Below are positions 23,247 through 30,672 of a DNA stretch of 32,000 nt, piece by piece. Positions within the stretch are counted from its first letter, which is position 1; every line of letters begins with the position of its first letter. A program made the position numbers and the translations under genes. Source of the stretch: Candidatus Pacearchaeota archaeon CG10_big_fil_rev_8_21_14_0_10_32_14. GTDB taxonomy: Archaea; Nanobdellota; Nanobdellia; Pacearchaeales; GW2011-AR1. Location: positions 1 to 32,000 of the forward strand of contig PFCY01000067.1 in the NCBI GenBank assembly GCA_002763085.1, read 5' to 3'. Below the pieces are notes generated by a model, which was not told where the DNA came from, made no database searches, and worked only from the letters and a program-made list of their open reading frames with translations.

Positions 23247-25382
23247 ATGAAAAAGAGTGTGTCAATGTTTGTAATTCTTACAGTCATATTTTTATTTATA
23301 ATCTCTGCCAATTTAGTTCTAGCTCAAACTACGACGTCAGGCAACAATACGCCAGAGGCAAAAGTTTCAAAAGCATACACTTGTCTTGAAAATAAAGTCA
23401 AAGGAAAATGCGATACCTTGACGCTGGATCAACAAATTTTTTCAATACTTGCTTTAAAATACGATTCAAACATCCGTTCAGAATGTAAAATGTCATTAGT
23501 TGCCCAAGCAGACCTTTCAGCAAATAATAAACCTAAATGCTGGCCAAAAGATAGATGTGGAATTAAAACAACCGCCCAATCGATTCTCGCATTAAGTAGA
23601 ATAAATGAAAACACGGATGACGCAGAGAGTTGGCTCATCTCTCAAAACACAACTCCAACAAATCTAAATTGGTATTTGCAAATAGAAAGCAATGAAGAGA
23701 CAACTTGTTCAATTTCATACGGTCCAACTGGTCCAAATTACAATAACCAATTAATAATTGGAACAAATAAAAAAATCTCCGGCGATGCTGGTAGCTGTCT
23801 ACCGATTGATACTGCTGGCGGAAGTTACTGGTTAAGAATAAATTCAGGTTCAGATTGTTACACTCGAACTTACACAATAAAATGTAACAAAGGATTTTTA
23901 ACAACTCTTTTATATAAGAGAAGCGGTTCTTCTACAGTCTATGTTTCAGATATTGTAAATTCAGCATCTGCCGACGGAGAAACCTCTGAAAAAATAAATT
24001 CTGTTTGTTTTGGTAAAAACGGAATTTGTGATTATGAAGGAAGTTTATGGGCTTCAATTACTCTTGACGCTTTAGGTTACGACGTAACCTCTTATTTACC
24101 TTATTTAACTTCTAATTCAGTAGATTATCCTAAGTTGCTCCCAGATTCATTCTTATACCTTCTAAAAGATTATCCTGACTTTTATGGCAACCTAATCAAT
24201 TTACAAAAGCAAAGTCTTTGGGAAGTTTCGGGAGATAAGTTTTATGATACGGCTTTAGCGTTGCTTGCATTAAACACTTTAGACATTTCTCAAGTTACCG
24301 AAGCTAAAACAAAACTTCTAACTCTTCAAGACGCCGAAGGATGTTGGCAGGGAAATATTCGAAACACTGCATTTATTTTGTTTTCAGCTTGGCCACGACA
24401 ATCGACTATAATTGATCCAGTTGTAGACACACCCTGCGATGATGGAGACAATCCCGCTGGATTCTGTAGATCAAGAGACAGTTGTTTAGAAGATGGGGGA
24501 GAAGTTTTAGAAAATTTTGATTGTTCAGGAATTTCAAAATGTTGCAGTGTCGAAGAGATCTTAGCCACTTGTGATGAAGAAGGTGGAAAGATTTGTAGTT
24601 CATCAGAAAGATGTACTGGGCAAGAAACAGATCAAGTTACCGGAGTTCAATTAGGAGAATCATGTTGTTTGCTTGGAGATTGTGTACCAAACATTCCAGA
24701 TACTGAAACAGATTGTGAAAGATTTAACGTCGGTGGTGTTTGTAAATCTGAATGTGGTATTGACGAAGATTCAACTAGCGATGATTGCGGTTCCGATATT
24801 TCATCAATATGTTGTATTCCTCTTGAAGGATGCACAAACGACAATCAATGTCAAACTGGCCAGGTTTGTAAAGCAGGAGAATGTGTAACTAAGAAAAAAT
24901 CTAGTTGGTTTATTTGGCTTTTAATAATTTTAATAATTCTTGTTATACTTGCGATTATATTTAGAACTAGAGTTAAAATGTTTTTACTTAGATTTAGAAA
25001 AGGAAAAGGAGATTATAAACCTCAAGGAGGACTTCCGCCTCGAGGACTTCCGCCTCGACCAGGTATGCCACCTCAAGGCATGCCACCACAAAATAGATTT
25101 GCACAAGGCTCACCTTTAGCAAACAGAGGAATGCCTCAAAGAAGTCCACCACCTCAAATCAGACCAATGTTTGGAGGCATGACACAAAGAATGTTTCCAC
25201 CTCGACCACAATCACCTCCACAAAGACAAAGTCCCCCTACTCCTCAAAGACAATTACCTCCCTCCCCTCAAAAATCAATAACTACTAAAATAACAACTAC
25301 AAAAACTACTTCAAAGCCTGCTCCAAAGAAAGATAAAGACTACGAAGACGTAATGGAAAAGTTGAAGAAGATTAGCAAATGA
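23247..25382 (+). CDS. Type-I membrane surface protein (711 aa): signal peptide, alpha/alpha-toroid (prenyltransferase/terpenoid-cyclase-like) repeats, Cys-rich modules, a TM helix, and a ~140-aa Pro/Gln-rich cytoplasmic tail
   Basis: Signal MFVILTVIFLFIISANLVLA. Repeats TTAQSILALSRIN, YDTALALLALNTL and QDAEGCWQGNIRNTAFILFSAW. Three ~40-aa CC-containing Cys modules. TM WFIWLLIILIILVILAIIF. Tail GGLPPRGLPPRPGMPPQGMPPQ... Confidence 0.6.
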   Translation: MKKSVSMFVILTVIFLFIISANLVLAQTTTSGNNTPEAKVSKAYTCLENKVKGKCDTLTLDQQIFSILALKYDSNIRSECKMSLVAQADLSANNKPKCWPKDRCGIKTTAQSILALSRINENTDDAESWLISQNTTPTNLNWYLQIESNEETTCSISYGPTGPNYNNQLIIGTNKKISGDAGSCLPIDTAGGSYWLRINSGSDCYTRTYTIKCNKGFLTTLLYKRSGSSTVYVSDIVNSASADGETSEKINSVCFGKNGICDYEGSLWASITLDALGYDVTSYLPYLTSNSVDYPKLLPDSFLYLLKDYPDFYGNLINLQKQSLWEVSGDKFYDTALALLALNTLDISQVTEAKTKLLTLQDAEGCWQGNIRNTAFILFSAWPRQSTIIDPVVDTPCDDGDNPAGFCRSRDSCLEDGGEVLENFDCSGISKCCSVEEILATCDEEGGKICSSSERCTGQETDQVTGVQLGESCCLLGDCVPNIPDTETDCERFNVGGVCKSECGIDEDSTSDDCGSDISSICCIPLEGCTNDNQCQTGQVCKAGECVTKKKSSWFIWLLIILIILVILAIIFRTRVKMFLLRFRKGKGDYKPQGGLPPRGLPPRPGMPPQGMPPQNRFAQGSPLANRGMPQRSPPPQIRPMFGGMTQRMFPPRPQSPPQRQSPPTPQRQLPPSPQKSITTKITTTKTTSKPAPKKDKDYEDVMEKLKKISK

Positions 25383-25444
25383 AATTTATCTTATAATCAT
25401 TTCCATCTCAAAAATATTTATTAACTCTATTTCTATCTAAGTTA

Positions 25445-26743
25445 ATGAAAAAGAGTGGTTTATTATTTATTTTGATCTTATTTGTAATTCCGTTTATTTC
25501 GGCTAATGAATATTTTTACAATACAGAAATAAAAAAAGGTGAAACGTTTCTCGTTACAATCGATGGAAATTTTGTAGATTCACTTCTTCCCGATAATATA
25601 GATTTCTATCGTGGACAAGTTAAAGTTCCTTTAGACTATGACGTTACAAAAATTGACGATCTTTATTACATTTATGCATTAATTTCTGATCAAGCGCAAA
25701 GCGGAAACTATTCACTACGAATAAAAGAGGTTGGTTACTATAAAGGTTCCCAAATTATTGAAGACGAAATAAGACTGAATTTCACAGTGCTGGATAGCTT
25801 CGCAGACTTTTCTATTAACAAAGGGTTCATCTCAACAAACCAAGATTTTTCTTTCAAGGTCCAAAATCTTCAGGAAGGAAGAATTCAACTCCAGATTAAT
25901 GAAGAAATATTAAGTGGAGATACTAATCCTCTTGAATTTTCATACGACAATTTATTTAATGAATCTAAATCTATAATCCTAAAATCGGGAGAAGAGAGAG
26001 AAATTATTTTTGATACGACATCTATTTCAAAAACAACTTTCAGAAATATAATTGTCTCATCAGCCCAAACAGCTTACACAATACCTGTTTTTATTTTTGC
26101 TAATAAAACTGAAGTGATAACCGACCCCTCTCAAACATCAAATTTCAAATTCAGTCCAAGCGATCTTAACTTCACGACGTCAACTGATAATAAAAAAACT
26201 GATTACATATACATAGTTAACACTGGAAAATCAAAATTAGAGAATATTAAAATAGTTTTATCAGAGTCTCTCACTCCTTATGTTAAATTATCTACATATA
26301 AGATCTCAAAACTTGACTCAGGTTCTGAAGCAAAAGTTGAAATGTATACTACTTCAAAGTCAGAAAGTTCTGTAGAAGGTGAAATCACTGCTTCCATGAC
26401 AAATGAAACAATTATAATTCCAGTTAAAATAAGTTTTGTTAAGGGTTATGTTCCGCTGCCCGTTAATGACACAAATTCTACATACGGCGGTGGAGGTAAT
26501 GTGACTCCTGGCGGTGAAGATACTGGCACTTCAAAAAGTAGTTTTTCATTAACTAAAATAATCGGGTGGGGGCTTCTAATTTTAGTGATCTTATTCTTGG
26601 CTTGGTTTTATGTTAAGAAATATAAAAAAGCAAAAAAGAAAGTTGACATTCTTGACATCGGAGAAAAAGGTGGACTTAGAAGGGATTCAAGTGGGCTTCC
26701 TCCTCGTCCAACACATAATCTTCTTGATTTAAAGCGAAGATAG
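25445..26743 (+). CDS. Type-I membrane surface protein (432 aa) with a short cytoplasmic tail carrying a GLPPRP motif
   Basis: Signal LLFILILFVIPFISA, a beta-rich ectodomain with N-x-S/T sites, and the TM IIGWGLLILVILFLAWFYV. The tail is KKYKKAKKKVDILDIGEKGGLRRDSSGLPPRPTHNLLDLKRR. Confidence 0.55.
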   Translation: MKKSGLLFILILFVIPFISANEYFYNTEIKKGETFLVTIDGNFVDSLLPDNIDFYRGQVKVPLDYDVTKIDDLYYIYALISDQAQSGNYSLRIKEVGYYKGSQIIEDEIRLNFTVLDSFADFSINKGFISTNQDFSFKVQNLQEGRIQLQINEEILSGDTNPLEFSYDNLFNESKSIILKSGEEREIIFDTTSISKTTFRNIIVSSAQTAYTIPVFIFANKTEVITDPSQTSNFKFSPSDLNFTTSTDNKKTDYIYIVNTGKSKLENIKIVLSESLTPYVKLSTYKISKLDSGSEAKVEMYTTSKSESSVEGEITASMTNETIIIPVKISFVKGYVPLPVNDTNSTYGGGGNVTPGGEDTGTSKSSFSLTKIIGWGLLILVILFLAWFYVKKYKKAKKKVDILDIGEKGGLRRDSSGLPPRPTHNLLDLKRR

Positions 26744-26755
26744 AATATATCCTAT

Positions 26756-27250
26756 TTAATTATCTTGTTTAGGTTTTGAATTATCTGATTTTTTCATAAC
26801 TCCCGCAAGTTTTTTCAATTGATCTTCAAGTATTTTTTTTTCAACTTGGGTGATTCGCGTTATCTCATCATAACCATGTAATTGCGCAAGAAATTCCTGG
26901 AAAATTTCATTCCATCCATTATTTGTCAACGCTAAAAGCTCTGGATAAACTATTTCAACGTGGGCGGGCATATATTTCATTGCGACCATTGCTAGTTGTA
27001 AAATCTCCTCGACATCAATTTCAACTTCTGCAAAACTTGTAAAAAATTCAGGTCTATCTTTCATAGGTATTGGAGAATTTATTTTTTTCCTCAATATTTT
27101 AACTCCTTTTTCTTCACCCATCTTTTTTATCATCCCTTCAAGCGTTTCAACTAAATGTTCTGGAGGTTTGCCCACAACCTCAATAATCAAAATTACATTT
27201 ATGTTTTTTGTTTCCTTATTCCTCTCTTCTTTTGATCTAGACGATTCCAT
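26756..27250 (-). CDS. Hypothetical soluble protein (164 aa)
   Basis: ORF with charged termini. It overlaps the upstream 268-aa gene by 14 nt. No family recognised. Confidence 0.4.
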   Translation of the reverse strand: MESSRSKEERNKETKNINVILIIEVVGKPPEHLVETLEGMIKKMGEEKGVKILRKKINSPIPMKDRPEFFTSFAEVEIDVEEILQLAMVAMKYMPAHVEIVYPELLALTNNGWNEIFQEFLAQLHGYDEITRITQVEKKILEDQLKKLAGVMKKSDNSKPKQDN

Positions 27251-28043
27251 GTTCTTTTTTTATGTATTTTTTACCGTAACGCAGTCCATAAAGTCCAGCG
27301 AGTACTAAACTAAAAACCATTAAGCCCTTAAAAGCAAAATTGTTTGAATTTTTTTCCTCACTATTCTCATCAAAGTCGCTTTTTATATTTTGTGATAATT
27401 TTATGACCTCAATCTCATCACCTGTTTCTTGAGTGTCACTTTGACTTATTTTGTTTATTTCATTATATGAAATTTTTGTTACTTCTTTTTTTGTTCCTTC
27501 AACCACCTCTTCTTCTGGTTTCTCTATTTCATTATTTTCCTCCCTCTTAGTATTTTTCACTTCATCTTTCTCCTTCTCAATCACAACTTTTCTCTCTATC
27601 ACCTTTTCTTCATCATCTTTATTATTACTGTTACCATTTACATTTATTTCATACCCCGTAAAACTTTTTGAAGAACTCCCTCCATTTTTCCTTATTTTAA
27701 TTTCAATTTTCCCCTTCCCATCGTAATTCTCCACTTTCATATTAAATTCCCCCTCAGAATTCTTAATCCCCCCATTTACATAATAATAAGTCGTCTGCCA
27801 CTTTTCTTTATTATCGTCGTAAATTTTTCCAATTCTCGTTCCATGATCATCTAAAATATCTATCTTCGCATCATAATTCGCATTATCGTCTCCAAACCCA
27901 ACAAGTTCAATTCTAAAAGTAAATTCTTCTCCAGAATTTACTTCATCAGGATAATCAACTTTTATAGAAGATTCAGCAGAAATATTATTTAAGATTAGAG
28001 ATAAACTTATTATGAAAATCAATACGATAGCTCCTCTTTTCAT
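27237..28043 (-). CDS. Secreted protein with an acidic/Lys-rich linker and a C-terminal TM plus basic tail (possible sorting signal)
   Basis: Signal AIVLIFIISLSLILNNISA. The C-terminus is FAFKGLMVFSLVLAGLYGLRYGKKYIKKEHGIV. Confidence 0.5.
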   Translation of the reverse strand: MKRGAIVLIFIISLSLILNNISAESSIKVDYPDEVNSGEEFTFRIELVGFGDDNANYDAKIDILDDHGTRIGKIYDDNKEKWQTTYYYVNGGIKNSEGEFNMKVENYDGKGKIEIKIRKNGGSSSKSFTGYEINVNGNSNNKDDEEKVIERKVVIEKEKDEVKNTKREENNEIEKPEEEVVEGTKKEVTKISYNEINKISQSDTQETGDEIEVIKLSQNIKSDFDENSEEKNSNNFAFKGLMVFSLVLAGLYGLRYGKKYIKKEHGIV

Positions 28044-28089
28044 TTATTAATAAGAATTTTAGGGTTTAAAGAAATTATTATATTGGATA

Positions 28090-28632
28090 TTATCTCTCAA
28101 ACCTTTCCCCATATCTCTCCGCAAAATCATCATATTCTACATTTGTTTTATTTCCTTCTTTTACTGATTTTGCAATCCAAATCTTTGAAAATATTTTATT
28201 TTTTAAATACCAAGCGCATTTCTCTCTCTCTTCTTTAGATAAAATACCATTAATTTTCACTTCAATACCTATCACACTATACATCTCATCATGAACATGC
28301 TGAATTGCGATAAAATCAGGAAAGCCCGTTCCAATCGTCATAACTTTTGAAAACGGATTAAATTTCCTTTTTGCGATTATCATCTGTTTCGTTTCTAGAT
28401 CAACATTATTGCTCCATTTATCTACAATTCTCCCTTTAAGTTCTAAATCTCTTCTTACAATCAATTCAAAACGCCCTCCGGCAGCTCTTGATTTTCTCCC
28501 TTTTTTTACTTCAGATTTCTTTTTAGAAATCGGCACGCCCTTTTCATTCCAAGAAGTTTCGTATTCCTCACTTCCAGCTTTTTCAATCATCTCCATAATT
28601 TTTTCTTTATTTTCTTTTTCAATTTTTTTCAT
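28090..28632 (-). CDS. PD-(D/E)xK nuclease, Holliday-junction-resolvase (Hjc)-like, with an N-terminal Lys/Glu-rich extension
   Basis: AAGGRFELIVRRDLELKG (the G..FE..v...L..G pattern), then GFPDFIAI and IGIEVK (the PD...E-x-K pattern), followed by WIAK as in Hjc. Confidence 0.5.
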   Translation of the reverse strand: MKKIEKENKEKIMEMIEKAGSEEYETSWNEKGVPISKKKSEVKKGRKSRAAGGRFELIVRRDLELKGRIVDKWSNNVDLETKQMIIAKRKFNPFSKVMTIGTGFPDFIAIQHVHDEMYSVIGIEVKINGILSKEEREKCAWYLKNKIFSKIWIAKSVKEGNKTNVEYDDFAERYGERFER

Positions 28633-28682
28633 TTTAATTGAATAGTGATTAAACTTAAAAAGCTTATCTTATTCCAAAAATA

Positions 28683-29138
28683 ATGAAAACCAAAGTTGTA
28701 GCATTGGACGTATACGGAACTCTCATTGCAAGCGATGATTATGATAATGAACTGCCTCCACGAGACGGACTTGCCGAATTCTTCAAAAAATGTTCTTCTC
28801 ATGGAATTAACGTTGTTACATCTTCAGATGTAAATATTGAAACAATGAAAAGAGAATTAGGAGAAGCTTTTTCAAAAAGAAATCTGGAATTATCATTGTT
28901 TGACAATTTTTTTAGGATTACCACATTTAATCAAGTTAATCCTGAAAATCCTCTTCCAAAAGATTATCTTCCCATTCTCATGCATTATAAAATTCAACCC
29001 CCAGAATTACTCGTCGTAGGAGATAATCCGTACCTAGATTTCACCAAAGCTAAAGAAATTGGCTCTCAAACATTACAAGTTCCAAAATATATTATAAAAG
29101 AAGATGGTTTTGATTTTTCTTCTATAGAATTAATTTAA
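28683..29138 (+). CDS. HAD-superfamily hydrolase (small, capless type)
   Basis: Motif I VALDVYGTL (DxxxT), motif II VVTSS, and motif IV LLVVGDNPYLD. Confidence 0.6.
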   Translation: MKTKVVALDVYGTLIASDDYDNELPPRDGLAEFFKKCSSHGINVVTSSDVNIETMKRELGEAFSKRNLELSLFDNFFRITTFNQVNPENPLPKDYLPILMHYKIQPPELLVVGDNPYLDFTKAKEIGSQTLQVPKYIIKEDGFDFSSIELI

Positions 29139-29333
29139 CTACAGATCTCTTGCCTGTAAAGTTCGTCTTTGATTTGCTTTAGCTCTTTCAAGTCCATCCT
29201 TTAGAATTTGCTCAACCTTTTTTTCAAGAGCCCCACCAACTTCATCAGCGACATTTGGAACTTTGTTCTCTTTGTCAAGATCTTTCACTGCTTTTTTAAT
29301 ATTGCTTCTAACAATTAATTGTCCCGCTGGCAT
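29139..29333 (-). CDS. Histone-fold-like small DNA-binding protein (DUF1931-like)
   Basis: 64 aa. The pattern V..DA...L..kVe.il..a.eRAkaN.RkT..a.DL is matched by ADEVGGALEKKVEQILKDGLERAKANQRRTLQARDL. Confidence 0.45.
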   Translation of the reverse strand: MPAGQLIVRSNIKKAVKDLDKENKVPNVADEVGGALEKKVEQILKDGLERAKANQRRTLQARDL

Positions 29334-29385
29334 GATTTAAAGAATAATCTGTAAGATTTAAATCTTGCGTTAGTTGATTTTAATT

Positions 29386-29451
29386 CCTTCGCTCATGGAG
29401 TCGCTCACTTATTTATAACTCTGAAATTCTGCTCACGCTTGAATTTCTTCG
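29386..29451 (+). repeat. Conserved intergenic element, copy B (core): TTCGCT..TCGCTCACTTATTTATAACTCTGAAATTC-N11-GAATTTCTTCG
   Basis: See copy A (420..478). Collinear weaker similarity continues downstream to about 29600. Confidence 0.6.
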
Positions 29452-29511
29452 TTAACTAAACGTGTGATATTACATGAAAATTTTTTAAAATATGCATGAA
29501 CATTCTAAGTT

Positions 29512-29652
29512 AGCAATTACCAGGTGGAGTATCTACTTACCTTTCTCAAGTAAATCCTCTCATCTCTCACAATAAATTTTGACTTTACTTCAAAATTTAT
29601 CGCTAATTTTTCTTGCGAAGCTTCGATAGTGCTAAGCAATTACCATGTGGAG
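29512..29652 (+). promoter_or_regulatory. Two 18-nt direct repeats AGCAATTACCA(G/T)GTGGAG (29512..29529 and 29635..29652). The second abuts the TATA-like TTTTATATATAA box of vapB.
   Basis: 17/18 identity, 123 bp apart. The TATA-like box at about 29657..29669 lies ~25 nt upstream of the vapB ATG (29690). Confidence 0.3.
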
Positions 29653-29689
29653 AAAGTTTTATATATAACTAAGGTTATATATTTCCACA

Positions 29690-29887
29690 ATGAAAGGGCT
29701 ATCAAAGACTCGCGTTATTGGGGGTTCATTAATAGTGACCATCCCTTCCAATATAGTGAAAACTGAAAGATTAAGAGAAAACGAAACTGTTGAAGTTGAA
29801 ATAAGAAAAGTTAAAAAGAATTTCTTTGGATCCTTGAAGGGAATAGGCAAGTTTACTGAGGAAGATAAATTAAAAGAACAGATTTAA
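29690..29887 (+). CDS. vapB: AbrB/SpoVT-type antitoxin (VapB-like)
   Basis: IGGSLIVTIPSNIVKTERLRENETVEVEI fits the swapped-hairpin AbrB fold pattern. It is 65 aa and ends 2 nt before the PIN gene. Confidence 0.7.
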   Translation: MKGLSKTRVIGGSLIVTIPSNIVKTERLRENETVEVEIRKVKKNFFGSLKGIGKFTEEDKLKEQI

Positions 29888-29889
29888 TA

Positions 29890-30273
29890 ATGAAAATTCT
29901 TGTTGATGCTTACGCTTGGATAGAATATCTCAATGGAAGCAGTGAAGGCGAGAAAGTTCACAAGATTCTTCAAGGATCGGATGAATGTTTGACGTTATCT
30001 ATAACTCTCTGTGAAGTGATAAGTAAAGTCAAAAGAAATAAATGTAATTTTGAAATTGCATATGAAGCGATTCATTCCAATTCTAGAACAATCGATCCAA
30101 CTCCTATCATGTCTAAAGAAGGCGGATTAATTCATGCCAAAATGAGAGAAAAAATAAAAAATTTTGGACTCGTCGATTCTTTACTACTCGCATGCGCAAA
30201 ACATCACGACGCTAAAATACTTACTAGCGATAATCATTTTAAAGGATTTAAAGAAGTTATTTTTTTGAAGTGA
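29890..30273 (+). CDS. vapC: PIN-domain ribonuclease toxin (VapC)
   Basis: ILVDAYAWIEY (the first acidic residue) and LVDSLLLACAKHHDAKILTSDNHF (the conserved D...T.D). 127 aa. Confidence 0.8.
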   Translation: MKILVDAYAWIEYLNGSSEGEKVHKILQGSDECLTLSITLCEVISKVKRNKCNFEIAYEAIHSNSRTIDPTPIMSKEGGLIHAKMREKIKNFGLVDSLLLACAKHHDAKILTSDNHFKGFKEVIFLK

Positions 30274-30387
30274 TGTTAATCCCACGTTGATTTTCTCCAA
30301 AGAAAATCAATCGATTATTAATCTCAAATTTCCATCTAATTCAATTTGTGGAAATTTGCCATTCTTCCTAAAATTTCTTTAGAAATT

Positions 30388-30672
30388 TTAATTTAATAAG
30401 TAAGTCCTAACAACAATAGTTCCATCCACAATCAATCCTAAAACTCCTATAAGAAATAAAATAAATCCTATCCAGTCCGGAGGAACCTTATCCGTTTGAA
30501 GTATCCAAATCCCAACACAAATCAAAAAAACAAATGTTGTTAATCCAAACAAATCAAAAAATGATGGTTCAGTGATAATATTCACTATAATAATTGTCAT
30601 AATAGCAAGACTAAAACCTACAATAGCATAAATCATATTCTCAGATTTATTTCTTCTTGGTTTTTTTATCAT
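30388..30672 (-). CDS. Small 3-TM membrane protein
   Basis: 94-aa ORF with three hydrophobic helices. The start may be Met13 (nt 30636), which removes the overlap with lysS. Confidence 0.45.
   Translation of the reverse strand: MIKKPRRNKSENMIYAIVGFSLAIMTIIIVNIITEPSFFDLFGLTTFVFLICVGIWILQTDKVPPDWIGFILFLIGVLGLIVDGTIVVRTYLLN

Noticed and set aside
25026-25060. Nucleotide tandem repeat ggacttccgcctcga x2
   Set aside because: It lies in frame within the 711-aa gene and simply encodes the GLPPR-GLPPR peptide repeat. It is not an independent DNA element.
420-29451. The two inverted elements as terminal inverted repeats of a 29-kb mobile element or provirus (primase, PCNA, Hjc-like nuclease, RHH and TA genes inside)
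   Set aside because: No integrase, transposase, capsid or packaging genes are present. The PCNA and primase look like the cell's own replication genes. The repeats are only ~80% identical with indels. Paralogous regulatory or sRNA loci are the more parsimonious explanation.
29659-29850. 63-aa minus-strand ORF
   Set aside because: It is antisense to vapB, which has a clear AbrB-type sequence and operon partner.
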